64,000 nucleotides of DNA from contig CM022678.1 of assembly GCA_012295275.1 (NCBI GenBank), positions 13,640,001 through 13,704,000 of the forward strand. The letters run 5' to 3'. The notes beneath the pieces are model-generated. The model worked only from the letters and a program-made list of their open reading frames with translations. It was not told where the DNA came from and searched no databases. A program made the translations under genes and the position numbers. Shown one piece after another: positions 24,824-40,600 of the stretch (its first letter is position 1; each line of letters starts with the position of its first letter). This DNA comes from Chrysomallon squamiferum. Taxonomy: Eukaryota; Animalia; Mollusca.

Positions 24824-27052
24824 CAGTGATTCCCAACGTGGGGCCTACGCCCCACTGGGGGCAGTTCAATAATAATGGGGGGGGGGCAATATGAAAAATA
24901 TAGTAATATCAACATTTTTATTTATTTTTATATTCGGGTAAAAATTATAAATTTATAGGGTAAAATTGTAATTACAGCCTAGCTGAGCACAACAGCTTGT
25001 GCAGTCTAGTCAAGTGTTCACCCATTAATGTTATCGTGCATCTGGCACCAGCTATATGCGTTTGAGTACTTGCTGTTTAGATTCATACCAGCGACTCCTG
25101 ATGAAAGGTTGTCTTTTTGTCTGTTGTGCCACCAATGTTTGATTAATGAATCCATGAAGATAGGTCGTCTCGAAAATCATTTGAATGCAAAACACAGTAT
25201 TCATGTTAATTCAAAACTGGAGTATTTTAAATCCCTAAAGGAGAAGTTTGAAAAAAGATCAACAATAAATTGATTGTTCTCTGCAAGAAGTTCAAGCAAG
25301 GATCGTGGTCTTGAGGCTAGTTATGAAATTTCTCTTCTCATAGCAAAATGTGGCAAAAATCATACAATAGGGCAGAATGTAATTAAGCCCGCAAATATCA
25401 ACTTTTCTGAAAGTAATTCTTGAAAAAGATGACCAAGATCTCAAAAGCATGCTGCTCAGTAATAATACTGTTAGTAGCAGGATTGATGAAATGAGTTGTG
25501 ACGTAGAAGTAGAAATGTTGAAAAATTAAAATATACAAATTTTTCAATACAGTTGGACGAATCAACTGTAAGAGATAGTGAAGCTCTGTTAATGGCCTAT
25601 GTAAGATATGTTGATAATGGAGAATTTATTGAGGATATGCTATTTTGCAAAGCATTAGAAACCACCACTATTGCAATTGATATAATATAAGAAATTAAAA
25701 ACATATTTAGATAAGCAGATACCAATGGAGAATTATTATATCTTGTGCTGCAGACGGTGCTCCAGTGATGATGGGCAATAAAAATGGAGTTTTAAAATTA
25801 TTGAAAGATGACAATCCCCAAATGTTGTTAGTGCATTGTGTTATTCATAGACAGAATTTAGTTTCCAAAAACGTTTCCCCTGTTCTAAAGGAGACATTGA
25901 ATGCAGTTATAAAATGCATCAACACTATAAAAGCTAATGCCAAATCTGAGTGTCTTTTCAAACAATTTTCAAGGATCAAAACGCAGACTATGTAAGATTA
26001 TTACTTCATACTGATGTAAGGTGGTTATCAAGTTGGAATTGCCTGAAAAGATTCATGGAATTATTTGATATTCTTAGTGAGTTCTTGGATGACAAACTTT
26101 ATATGACTCTGTTACTGACAGTTGATGGTAAAGCACTTGTCAGTTATTTAGCAGATATATTTCAAAAACTCAGTGTCTTAAATAAGGAGCTCCAAGGAAC
26201 AAATATGTTAATTCAAAGGCCAAGATATTTGGCTTTATATCATTTCTGGAATTATCCCAAGAAAATATTTCTGTCAAAAAATTTGAACAATTTTATTGGC
26301 TGAATAAATGTGAGGTAACAGATGCTACTTGTCTTGTTACTGTGGAGCACTTAAAAATAATGGTAAGTGATTTCAACTTCAGATTTTCTGATTTGAAAGA
26401 AATTAATTATCCATCTTGGATGACTCAGCCATTGCTAGTGGATCTGTCAGATGTAACCATGGAGTATCAAGGAGAACTTTCAGAATTACAAAATGATGAC
26501 TCGATTAAAGCCGTTCAAAATAAAAGGAACAATGATGTGGCTCAGTGAAGAAACACAAGCTAAATATCCAAATACAAGTAGTTTGGCAAGAAAACTACTG
26601 TTACCATTCCCATTGTCATACTTAGTGGAATGTGCATTTAGTGCTGTGAGTGACTTATTACTGAAGAAAAGAAACCAACTGGATATCACTAAACGAGGCG
26701 ACTTGAGATTGAAATTAACAAAATTTCTGCCTCGGATAAAATCTCTGCAGTAGACATCAGGCTCAAGGGTCTCATTAATTGATTGTAATCGGATTTATTT
26801 AATCTAATGGTAGATATGTTATACACATTATAAAATGGATTTTATTTGATTAAATTTGAAGTTAAACACTTTAGTTTTATTTGAAAGATACAATTTTTTA
26901 TGTTATACTTTTTCAAAACTGATATTGTTATATCATACTAAACGATTAACTGATATTGTTATAATCATACTAAACAATTAACGGGTGGGGGGACATGAAG
27001 AAATTTGTGATAAAAAAGTGGGGCATGGTACCAAAATGGTTGGGAACCACTC
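24824..27052 (+). mobile_element. hAT superfamily DNA transposon, Buster/Charlie type, 2229 bp, inactive
   Basis: TIRs CAGTGATTCCCAAC / GTTGGGAACCACTC. Perfect 8-bp TSD ATTTAGTG at 24816-24823 and 27053-27060 with the central TA typical of Buster elements. Internal transposase remnants. Confidence 0.93.
25028..26778 (+). pseudogene. Disrupted hAT (Buster/ZBED8/SCAND3-like) transposase
   Basis: BED-like CLLC...HLNAKH, FSIQLDEST, CAADGAP, HCVIHRQNL, VRWLS, SYLVECAFS, RGDLRLKLT spread over several frames with stops and frameshifts. Confidence 0.9.
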
Positions 27053-27140
27053 ATTTAGTGTAAACATTAACTTATAACAGATAAAAATGAAACGGTAATT
27101 AATTACAGAAATGGCTTTTGAAGCTAAAATGATCACTTTC

Positions 27141-27182
<42 letters not shown>

Positions 27183-28874
27183 ATGGTTTTAATGTCACTT
27201 TATTATAAATATATTAATTTTAGTTGTTTTTTTTTTTTTTTTTTTGAATAATGAAACAAAAATACAACCATATTAAACTTTATTAATTCATAATAGTAAT
27301 GATGTTTCCACGCAAATTCTAAGGGAAAAAAATTGTACAATAAATAAATGTAGTCTAGGATGGAAAGAAATGTCGTATAAAAACATACATGAAAACTTTC
27401 ATTCTCTCACGGAAAGAACAAGACTATGTGCTAATTAACAAGGTTTGTCAGACATCTAATCTCACTATGCTCAGCAATAATAATAACAGTAACAATAATA
27501 CAATTCAGATGACAATAGTAAATACCAGATGGTATTCTTTATTTAAAGATGTTTCTATATGTTAAATCATCAAGTTCAATAATTATAATATAATAAAGCT
27601 GAACTGAGAATAATATACAGGAAGTATTTCTTTAATTAAAAATTATAAACAATGTTTTTCCACGTGTTGAACCATCTAAATGTAAAGATTTAAAGAAAAA
27701 AAATAAACTTTTATTTTTATCAGCAGAAGCTGTTTGCAGTGTGTAATTTATTCTATCTAAAAAGGATATCTTATGAGATCTTGGAAAACACTGCATTCAG
27801 TTCAGTACGAGTTTCAAAACTAAAATGCAGTTTTATAAAAAGAGACATGATGCTAAAAGATAATTAACATTCACAAAATGATAAATAATTATGCAAAACA
27901 ATGAATAATAATAATAATAATAATAAACTTGTAATGATAAAATATAATAGTTTCAATATTAACACAGCATCACTAGACTTTGTTGATTGACTTGCACTCA
28001 AGCTACTCTAATTTCAGGAAGTCGCCTGCTACATTCAACGTCACTTATTAAAATAGATCTGTTTTCTCATATATCCTGACAAAGACATTCTACACAGGTT
28101 TATTATCACAACACTATATAGATCTTTGTTATCACTTAACATAATAGTTTCTTAAGTGTTATTGTGTAGAATAAGCAAATTCTTTTATCTGATACCACAG
28201 TCTTAACATTTCTGTTATTTAAGAAAAATAGCCCTCCAAATAAAAATTAACTGTGCAAATGAATTTACAAAGACTAGAAGTGCTATCTTGAGGAAATGTA
28301 AAAAAAGAGAGAAATTACATGACAGTTTAACATAGTTGTGTTACGGTAAATTATTTTTCATTATTTTTAACTAATTATTTTATTTAGTGATATATATATA
28401 TAATTTATAATGTAAAATTTCATATTTCCTTAAATAATCTGCCATTTCTTTTTTTTTTAAATATATTTCATTCCTTATATATCAAGACCTACCTCTGTAT
28501 AAAGGGTTTAAAGTGAACCCTTTGAAACAAAGTGTTAAAATCTATAAAACTGTTAAAATTATTTCATGTTTCACATCACCATATCAGATTAAAAGAAGAT
28601 TTTTTTTTTTTTTTGGTTTATAAATTTAGCTATTATCAGTATTACCTTGCAGTTATCTACAAGATGTGGCAATCAGAAGTATGATCCTGGCAGGATGTCA
28701 GAATGAGTACATTACTAAATTAATTAAATTTCTGCACTCAGTACTCTAAAGTATCCATCTAATCTTATCACTCATACAGTTAGTAACAAAGAATTTATAT
28801 TTTAAATACATGACAAAAGAATTAAATGTCCATTTTATTCTCCATTGCAATTATTAGAAAGGCCTTTAAATAAT

Positions 28875-28914
<40 letters not shown>

Positions 28915-29074
28915 GTATCTCTTTAAACAACTTTATGCTTACATGCAATTTATTTCATGTAAGCTATTGGTATAACTTGCCAAGTGTATCCAAATCATCT
29001 ACAGTATTTACTAGTAAATAATTTATTAGTGTTACAATTCTCATCATCATTTCCTTAAATTATCAAAATAGCCA

Positions 29075-29112
<38 letters not shown>

Positions 29113-29294
29113 TTATAATTATTACAAATGAAGGATGATAGAATAGGCAAACAGCAATAAACAATAAATAAATAAAAATATTAACATATTTTATAACATT
29201 TATAACAAAACAAAAGCAAAAAGAATTTTTTTTTTCTCATTGTTTTTATCATCCTGATCCTCATTATTACCATTATTATTATTATTATTATTAC

Positions 29295-29342
<48 letters not shown>

Positions 29343-31713
29343 GCCTTTCTACCAGTAAGGCAGATATCTGACTCCAGGTTTGTTTACACACACAGAATGA
29401 GATCAGTAGAATTTGTCACAAAACTGACATTCTTCAAGTAAACAGATATTTCACATTGCATCATGCATAACACATTTTTCTTTTTAAACTGACTAGATTT
29501 TAAAACACAATGGGGCATCGAAGCTAGAAATTAACATAAACGTATGTGTGCTTTTATGTCTGAGTGTGTGTGTGTGTGTGTGTGTTTGTAAAAAACAAAT
29601 TCTTCACAAAACTGTAATTTTTATTATAAATTGTTATTTATTGGTTCTAGAAATAAATGTATCATGCTTTGTGTATTTTTGAAACAACATAGTAATAAAA
29701 TTACAAAAGAGAAAAACATTCAGAACAGTTTTACACACTCACATGCACGCAAACACAGTGTGTGTGTGTGGTGCAGGCAGTGATGTACATGTTTTACACG
29801 TAACCCATGTTTTAACATAGTAAGTTACTTAATTAATGTCAAATGCTGTTACTGTCTACTCTCAGTAGTAGCTGATGCTGGGATTTAATCCAGATTGTTA
29901 AAATTTGAAAATAACACATTGTCCTTATCATTATTCTTGTAAAGCTCTGCACAGATAACCAGGAGAGAGCTTTACACCACTTTTTGTCAATCAGTAGTAC
30001 GTCATCTTTAAATTTACTTTCCCTGATCAGCACATACCACAATCAATCAATCACTTGTCACTTTAATATACATGAAATATTAAAATTTATACTGCCTGTT
30101 ATTTAAAATACATAGGTTTTCATCACTGGCATCTATTGACACTTAGTTTAGGTTAATATGGTTACTGAAAAACTTATTTATTAATTTTATCATTACTGTT
30201 ATTATCACTGACGCAGAAATAGCAATACTAGTAGACTTAGTTGTAGTAGCAGAGGTTTCAGGCATGAGAAATAGTAACAGAACCTGTACTCCTTTTTACT
30301 GGTTTTTCTTAGGTACTTCTTATGTTTGTAAATTTTTGCACATGAAAGCTCTACTGATGTCTACATCACAACTCACAAAATCTTTTCCTGTTGACAGAAA
30401 TATATAAACTTAACCTATAGACAGAAATATTCAAGAAATATACGTATTTAAATAAGAGAGAAAACCCCTAAACATCTTAAATGAATGTATGTCTGTCTGT
30501 GCCAATATATTCATGTATGTTTGTGTATGCCTGCACATGCCTATAATTATGTGTTCAAATATTTTCTTTTATTGTAAGTTATTTTGTAATTAAATATGAA
30601 TATTATTTTTAGATATTAATATTTAAAAGTGATCCTGTTTACAATATTTGGTAAATTAAAGTTTACTGATACACACAAAAATGAAAAATTAACAAATTTC
30701 TGTAAATTTGTTTAAAACAGTGTTATGAAAAATGCAAATACAAGCTTTATAATGAAGTGATAATGTTTTATTATCAATCTATTTAGGTTTAGATTTATTG
30801 ATCAAATAAAATGATATACAAATATGCTTACTGGAGAAAAAAAAAATGCACTTTTGTTGGCAGTTAAGAATACATTTGCAATTATATTCATATCAGCAAA
30901 ATAAACAACAAAACCAAATATAAATAAGAACAAAAATAGTGTAAAAAATAATGAATAATTTTTACAATAATTGTAAATCATTTTCTTTTTCTCTACATTT
31001 GCTTCTTACAAACAACAACTTCAGTATTATTAAATTCTTAAACATGTATCACAAAAAACATTATCAAACAACATGTAACAAAATAATTCACAACAAAAAT
31101 TCAACCATAAATAAATATTTATTGCCCCCCAATTAAATTATTGCACAACTGTATTTGCTTTCACTATAATAAACGCATATAGTATAACTGTTTCATCACG
31201 TAGGTTAAATTAACGACGGTCATCACCAATATCACCAGCAAATAACTGATACAGTTTTAATGAGAAATTTTAAATGTTAATGATCACAGATTAGTAAGTA
31301 AAATTCAATAATTTTCTGCCAGTGTTATAAGTAAACTTTAGTTACATTTTCTCTGCTATTGATAAAAAAATGTCTTCTCAGTTTTTTATTTTTTTTATTT
31401 TTTTTTATATATATATACTATTTTAATCAACAATTTCAACAAAAATAGATAAATAAATAAATAAATTAAAAATTAAAGAAATAAAGAAATTATAACAATA
31501 ATAATAATAAATAAATAAATAAAAACAATAGAAATGAAAGAAAAAATACCAGCAAGACTGTAGTTACAAAGACTTTCCAAAAATAGTAATCAAGTAAATT
31601 TTTAAAATCATATTTATTAATGGTTTTCAGGTCATTACCTTACTTCTAAAAAGGTATGCTAGGTACTCACATACTTGTAAAATACTGGAGTTGTTATAGA
31701 GTTTAAACTTTTA

Positions 31714-31744
<31 letters not shown>

Positions 31745-34700
31745 TAATGAATATATATCACAGTAATTAAAGAAAATAAAAATGTGAAACATTGAGAATA
31801 ATGTACTTTGTTATTTCTTAATTCAGAAAATGTTGCCATTCAAGAAATTACTTAAAATTGGTCCACCTATATACTGTTATGGTAGCTAAATTTTAGAAAT
31901 ATGACAGTTGTTATATACTTTTCTGTAGTCAAAATGCACTCTAATTTCTAATTTTTGGGTAGTTTCCACTATTGTATATCTCCAGCACTAGCCAATCAGT
32001 ACTCAATTCTAGACAGCATGGTGAAAATGCAGATGATAATTTTGTTTAACTTTGATTCTGACCATGTTTGTTTAGTTCCTGCCATTAAATATTTTAAGCT
32101 GGTGACACTAATGCAGTATTTAAAACCAGCTTAAAAATCAATTAAAAATCAATTTCACATTCTCCTATTTCAAAGCTTTTTGAAACTTTAAACCATTTTC
32201 ATGAATTCTTAATGATGTCAGTAGTAGAAATCCAACTTATTGAAATAAATACAAGCACATTCCGATATATAGAATATTTCTGAAATCAACTTTCACATGC
32301 ATTTATAAACAGTTTCAATTAGTATTTTTAATTTGATTTATATCAACATATCACTGGTATATAGATTTCTCTGAATTTCAAAACTGGCCATTATTTTCTG
32401 AATTAAATTTATTTGTTTCATTTACATGAATGGATGAGGTAGCAACAACTAAACATTAACAACAAAGAAACAAATACAATAACATCCTGTCTGGAGGTTT
32501 TCAACAGTTACATAATGAAACATTATTAGTTAGAATTACAGAGACCCTTAGTAACTCGTTTTGTGGTAATTATAACATACAGTAAGAAAAAATACAATAG
32601 AATATACTATTATTATAAATATTAAAAATGATAACAGTGAATATCATCAATAATAAAGTCTACAATCATCAAAATGAATTTATAAATAAAAATATTTCAG
32701 TTGATAGAATTAACTTAATTATTATTATTTTAAATTTACTTTAAATTTGCCTGCTGCTATTATTAATTACAGTAGCAAAAGAAATTGTAATGAGATTTAT
32801 AAATCATTAAGTAAATGTTGAACTGCTCCTTGATGCATGAAGAAAGAAATATTTCAATCCACAAAATTCTAGACAAACTTGGTAAAAACATTGATAAAAA
32901 AATCTGGGCCTGCCCAAGAAAGTAAAGTTAATACAAAGTGCTAAACCTAAAGTCAACCTTATGCGAAAAACATGACTTATACATGGAAATAATAATATCA
33001 CAAAGAAGGTAAAATAATGAACAAATGAAGACTGTGAAAATACTGAAGTGATTTTTTGTAAAGTTTGGTACAAAGAAATTTAGCAAGTCAAGCTTGAAGT
33101 CTGTCTTGTAACAATATGATGAATGATTGCTTACAATTTACAAGACTTTCATTTATTTAATGTTAAAAAAGATAAATAAATTAGAAATTTTATTTGTATA
33201 TGTGTGTCTGTGAGTGTGTGTGTTGTGTGTTTATAAAACTTGATGTTAGATGTCTGTTAACACCCTTATACTTGCATATGAACATCTGTGTATAGATGCA
33301 CGCAGAGTCTGTGTTTGTGTCTGCAGGTCTAAATCAATGCAGTTATTTATAAATAATCTATAATATTAAATTAATATAAACTGGAAAAAATCAACAGAAG
33401 ATAATTTTTAAATAACCCTTTGGGATAAAACAGATAGAAGTAGTAGTATTTTCTGACAGAAACATTCTTAAACACTAAATTTCACAAACACTAAATATTT
33501 TTTAAAAACTGTTTTTAGATTTACAAGTTCATGCACAAACAATGCCCCATCTAAACCTATATAATTATAGTTCCCTAATAAAAAGTATCACAATGTGTAT
33601 TGTACCAGTCTGAGACACTACATATAAAATAGTACTAACACTCATAACCATCTCACACCCTTGTTAACATCTAATGTAAAACTATTTAAATAGTTAATGA
33701 AGGTCAACAAGATAATGTCAAACATGCATTTACAGCTAGAAACAAAATGTACAAAGTTTTTAAAAGAACAAAATGACATGTTCATAAGCATGACAAAGAA
33801 ATGAAAGTGTCAAATAAGGCAAGATTTTTGTATCCCCTGTGCTGTCATCTATATTAATATAGAAAAAAGAGAAAAGAAAAGGATGATCATAATTATTATG
33901 TATAAACTGAAATATCAACAGTTAGTTAATCTCAACCAGTGAAAATGCTGTCTATTCTAAGTTCTTATAGGACTTAACAAAAACACCAAATACATACTTG
34001 TTTTTTGTATACATCTTTTTGTAAGAAATAAATACTAACAACAATACTAATTTTTAGCATTATTTTCTATTATTGTAAGAATATATATATATAAATCAAT
34101 CTTTTACAAAAAAACATGTTACTTTTTATTTTTAAATTTTCTAAAACTGACATCTTTGAAGCAGTATGTCAGTTGTTAGAAATATATTTCCAAAGTAGTA
34201 AGACATATATAATGTATTTTTCACTCAGTTTTTCTAATATCTTTTTTCATCATCATTTTTATTTCCTTTAATAGTTATTTTATACAAATGTGTAAAACTA
34301 GTGTACAAAGAGAGTAGATTATCATAAGGAGACAATTTAATCTATTAATATGATTTAAAAATTTTACATTTGATATGAAAGAATCTGCTCTGATATGAAA
34401 TACTGCTGGAGTCCTATAGAAACCTATTTATTATTATTATATACAAAATTTCATTATAAATTGCTGATCTGTTATACTAGTTTACAAAATTCTAAAAATT
34501 GTTTTTAAATTAAAACATTCTACTCAGTGTGTAAGAAATATTTTTTTATCAATTGTTCCTTTTGACGCTAAAACAACTCTAAAACAATATCTAATTTTAT
34601 AAACATCACTATTTTATAATGGCAAAAAAATAAAGAGAGTAATAATCAAATAAAAAAATTAAAGAAACAATTAAATACTTAACTTTTTCTTAATGTAAAT

Positions 34701-35981
34701 TTGTAATAATACAAGAAACCTTGCACATCCAGCAGTTGTTTGTGTGAAAATGGACAACACTTTGGTATAACAATGATAAAAAGGACTGAAAAAAAACCCC
34801 AAAAAACAAATTCACTCTGTCATGCCCTGACTACATATTGTAAAGATCCATGCTTATGAAGAAAAATGTCAATTACAAGGCATTTATTAGACTAAAATTT
34901 CAATCTGGAATTGCTGGCCTCTCTTCACATATTCCTGGATCAAATAAAGCAGCTGAAGCCATGGATCAGGGGTCAAAATCCACAAGAAAGTACAAGTGAC
35001 AGGTCTGCTGCACACAGTCAGTCTGTACTCATCTGTTCTTAACACAAAATTTGTCTGTATTATTTAACAATGTTTGTTATTTTTAACCAAGCTTGTCACT
35101 TCTATTACTCATATCTTTCTTACTCAAAGTTTATCTGTATTATTTAACACACAGTTGTATTGTATTTTTAACCCAGCTTGTTAGTTCTATTACTCATGTT
35201 TACTACTCTGTCTGTACTTGATATTCAACTCTTGTAATTGTTAATAATTGGTCTGTTGTTCTTAATCAAACTTCATTAGTTAATCACAAATATAATACTT
35301 GTACTTCTGAATCTATCTTCATTTTTCAAGACAATTTCAAATCAATTTACAAAATTAATATTAATTTAAATTGTACTTCATAAATATATTTAAATCAGTC
35401 TACCAGTTAAAAATTAATCAATGAAAAGAGTAAAAAAAAATTTTTAATTCCCCTACAACAAACCCCCAACAAAATAATGAAGAAACAAATCATTTGTTGT
35501 AAAAGCTACTAAATTAAAATCTGCTATAATAAGTTCCTTTTTTCTCTTTTTAACATGGTGAATGCAATCTAATTACATGAAAGTAATATTTTTAGTTAGT
35601 TTTTTTTAAATTGTTTTATTAAACAGAAATTATTTTAAAAAAAATGCAACAGAGAATTTCCTCAGTTTTGCAAGAAAAAAAACAATTTTAAAAGGCCCAC
35701 CTATAATTACCCCCCCAAACCCCCTAGCAACCTTGTAAAATTCTTGGAGATAAAATTCATAAAATTTATTCCAAATTTGCTTCGTTAATTCAGTAGTAAT
35801 TATTCTTTCAAAAAACATTAACAAATTTTGGAATACACTGGCTTAGACAACTCATCACTTAAAAATAAAAATATTCTTGTTGTTGTTTTCCTCTCAATTC
35901 ACACAGACATGGTTTCTGAACCCTGAGGCAGAGTGGCATTAGCTACAAGTCTTATCAGCGAGGGCTGAATACTTCCATCTA

Positions 35982-37607
35982 CTATGACCTTGACCCTAAA
36001 ATTTCAAGAGATGAAGTGGAACCCCGTGACGATTGAGCAAGACCAGAGGAAGAGGAATGGTGTCCAACCAGTGAGGAAGTTGTAAACAGTTTGTACCAGC
36101 CAATCACAATGTTGCTTAAATCTAAATCAGCCAACAGAATCTGGGCTACACCCATAAACACTTTTTTGTCCATTCGTCCATAATCTCCCCACACAGTAAC
36201 CTGCATAAAATAATAAAAATATAAAACATTATTCATAAAAATAAAAAATTATTATATATCTATTTATGAAAGAACAAATGTCTGGATAAAGATGACATAT
36301 CCATAATATTTAAATGAAGTTTGCTTTGTTCACTGACATTATTGGACAACAGAACAGATAATTCAAGGACGATTTCTATTCCTGAAAATAAAATATACAT
36401 TAACGTTCACTTAAATAAGTGTACTAAAAGCAGGAAATGCCTGTAACAAAGGAAGATAACTATATTATAATAAAATGTGTAAGAACGATAACTCTACTAT
36501 AAGTGTTTAAGGAACATAACTCCACAATAACAAAATTTTTAAGGAAGATAACTTTACCATAACAAAGTTTTTAAGAAAGATAACTTTGCTATAACAAAGT
36601 GTTTAAGAAAGATAACTTTGCTATAACAAAGTGTTTAAGGAAGATAACTCTGTATAACAAAGTGTTTAAGAAAGATAACTCTGTATAACGCAACGTGTAA
36701 TGAAGATACCTGTAATATTCTGCCATGATAGGACTCATTGAAGACTAACTGTTGCTGGTAGAGTGGATCAAGTGTTCGTCTTGCGGTTGTAGTTTTCTGT
36801 TTCTCTACACATGTTTTGTTTTCTATTAAGTAAACTTTCACATATGGAGCTGTAATAGAATGTAAGTCAGTTATTACACATTGTTACTGATTAGTTATAG
36901 TCAGAAACAATTACACAGACTCTTCTCTGTCAGCACTATTAGTATTAGATTGCATTTAAAAAAACAAAAGAGAACAAACAAAATAACTCTCTAAATTGTG
37001 TAGATTTAATCAATTTTCTAGATTTCTAATTACTTAATATTTTCTACATGTGGAAGGAGATGGTATAAATTAAAAACATTTAAAAAAAAAAAAATAAAAA
37101 CCTGGAAGAACTCTTGCTCCTGGTTTTGACAATAACCCTCGTGCTCGTATAACCTCAACCTCAAGGTGACCCTTCCTATCATAGAGACCCAGCTGAATTT
37201 CTCCAAGACAAGCAGAACCAAGAACCTGGCGACCAACAAGTTGAGAAGGACCCAAACCCTCAACAAAATCTCCAAACTGTCCCTCAGGTCCCAGCCGTAC
37301 ACCAGTTGGAAGCCATTGTCTGAAACAGGAATAATACATTTTATGATTTTTTTTTGTTGAATTTTTTAACAAGTATACTGGTGTAGGTTTTTCAGTTCAT
37401 ATGTATATATAAATAAAAGTATAAATGATTCAAAGTTTGTTAATAAATATATCTTTGCAAGTATGACTATTTTTGAGTTACTAAAAACAAGTCAGATATT
37501 TCATTATGACTCATTAAAAAACTAAACAAACATTTTCTATCTAAGAATGTACAGCAATAACTTGGATAGTCTCTGAGTCTATTACATTTTATAATAGATG
37601 ATGTTGT

Positions 37608-37650
<43 letters not shown>

Positions 37651-40600
37651 TATAAGTGTATGTATGTGTGTGCATATTCTTATATGAATAGACTGTGCCT
37701 CACTCTGTAGTTTTGTTTTATCAGAGTTGTGATCAGCACACTGCAAGGATGACAAAGTTACTTACACACTGGAGGAATCACTACTGATACTGCCAACACT
37801 GCCATCGGTGGAGTCCTTGCTTGCCTGCTTTGACATCCCACCTCTGAGATCAACTGGACCCACCTCCTCACTCCTCTGAAAGGAGGTTTTTTTCTTCTCT
37901 GAAATTAGAAAAATCAGTTAATGTGTATTAATCGAAAAGAAAATTAAAGTCACATTTTCAGTAAATGTTTCCTACAAACAGAAAGCATGTAACCAATCTT
38001 TCATAAACCATTCATAAAATGTAATAATTAGATATATATCATATATATACTATTAGTATACTCATATTAAATAAAGCTTCAAAAGAAGAACCTTGGAGAA
38101 CCATGCCTTTTATCTTACAGACTCTTCATAATATACTGTAATTTCTTTTTAAATAGTGGATTCAGTTTAACCAAATTTTACTGCAGTATTATTTCTGTGT
38201 TACCTGCTAACTGAGTCGCACTGCTGCTTCTCCTGTTCAGTCCCACAAAGGAAGCCATTTTGTGCCCAAGACTTGGCCGACGTTTTCTGCCCTCTGTGAC
38301 ACTAGATGACACTGCCGAATCTGACACACTGCCGTCGTTTTTGTCATACACCTGACTGTCATTGTTTGTACTTCGAACAACCTGCCTTGACCTGGGTATT
38401 GTTGTCTTACTCTCCATCTTCTGTGTAAACTCACTGCAAAACCAATGTTTAGTAAATGAAATGTTCCTAGACTTGTTTTATTATCACATTAAGACATATA
38501 CAACCCTCTGGCACCATGCAAGGATATACATTTTGATCTTTTTATATAAATGATTTTTTAACAGATTGGTAACAGAGACAAAACCTTTATGGCCTTTGTT
38601 GTGACTTGAACAGGAAAAAAAAATGACATGACAATGCATCATAATAAAATTGTTAGTAAGGCTTCTTTTAAATGGATCTAACACAGTAAGGGAAACATAA
38701 AAATTTGGCACTGTCAGGAATCTTTTTATATAGCAAATTAATGATAAATAAATACCTTAACCTGCGGTGAGGTCGTTCAGACTGAGTTGACCTCACACTG
38801 ATCGTGCTGACCTTTGACACTTCAGACATGTCACTTGTTTCTGAAACATCACTGGCAACATCATCTGACACATCAGGACTGAACTCTACAAGCAGAAAAC
38901 AAGTTAACAAAACCACCAATGTTACACCCGATTTTCCCAGGTAAACTAACAAAACCATTCAATATTACATTTTGGTTTTGCAGGTAACTAATTTAAAAAG
39001 ATTTTTAAAAAGACAGATTAATGATTTTTATATCTTGATTTCATAGGTGTCTGTAAACTTTTACCTTTTATTTATTTCCCTAACATAAACAAGAACCTGC
39101 CAATATACAATACTGATTAGGACAGCCTGTTTTATACTATTAGGTTAAATATGTTTTAAAGTACAAATATCTGAAACAGACTGTTGGTTAAAGAAACTTA
39201 ATTCACACCTTTCCTGCGACTCCTGTGACCACGTTCAGGTTCTCTGCCCCTGTCATAAGTACGATCCATCCTGTCACGCCCATGTTCCCGTCGGTTACGG
39301 TCCATTGAAACTCCCCTCTCTCTTGACTTACCACGATCTTTTGAGCTAAAAACAGAATAAACTTTCTGAAATGACTTGTAAGAATCAATATTCCTTTATG
39401 CAAATCTAAAAACATACTAACATTAATAATTGACTTAGTTTCTAATTTTGTCCGAACATTAAGAGTAAACACTTGTAGGCAGAATTTTACTTTGTTATCA
39501 GACAGTAAGCCAAGATAACATTGTAGCAGTAGACTGAAATTTCTGTGATCACCACCTGTCTTACTCTTCTTGGTCATTAATTCTGTTAGACAGTTTTGTC
39601 CAACTCTAATAATCCTAAGTCTTGGGGTCATATGAATTAAGTGAAGTCCACAATAATGAGACTTCGGACAGGATGCTAATGGATTTCATGACCTTTTTCT
39701 CCCCTCCTATCTTTGGTTTTTGAATGACATGAAACTGTAAGATATTTCCAGCTACAGTTATATTTATACTATTCCAGTTTTAAAGTAATCACTTAATGGA
39801 AATATATGGTTTGCTTACATTTTGATATGTACTATTTATTATTTATTTATTTGTTTATTTCATGTTTTACATATTTACCGATCTATGTACTTGTCATGCT
39901 GTGAGTAATAAGCCTCGCTGTCAGACTGTGGGTAGTTTGGTCCATGTCGACTCGGACTTCCTCCCATTTTCATCTTCATCTTCATCAACCGAGCTCTCTC
40001 CTCCAAATCTTGTGTCACTGAAAATACACTTGTCTCAGTAATAACTCTGACTATAACAGTAAAATGCTTTTGTCACTCAGGATGAAACATAATTTTCTAT
40101 AATAGCAGTATTACTGACAGTGGTTGAGCTGATTGTGCTAGAAATTATGACACAGTAGCAATTATTATAAATAATTTTGATGGTCGAGTTGTAGCATTAG
40201 TAATAGTGGTAGTAGCAGCAGCATATGTAATAACAACAACAACAGTAATACTAGGAAGAATAAAAATAACAATAGTGATAATGCTAGAAAAGGCAGCTAC
40301 AGCATCAGAGTGGTGGTAGTACTATAACAGTAACATGCAGAATTAGTTTTAAAATGCATTACAACTGTTTTATTATTAAACCTGTATTTTAAACAACAAT
40401 AAATAATAATAATAATATGAGCAGAGTAGTAACAGATGAAGTGCTCCTTTAAGTCTTAGATTTACTGCACTGACCTCTGTCTCTGCTGGCCATCTGAGCC
40501 TCTAGAGGTATTGCAGGCAGTTGTCTTTTCTTTGGAGAGGGTGTGGACTGTGGAGTTCCACCTGCTGACCGGGCGTGAACACTTCTCACAGCCCCTGCAG

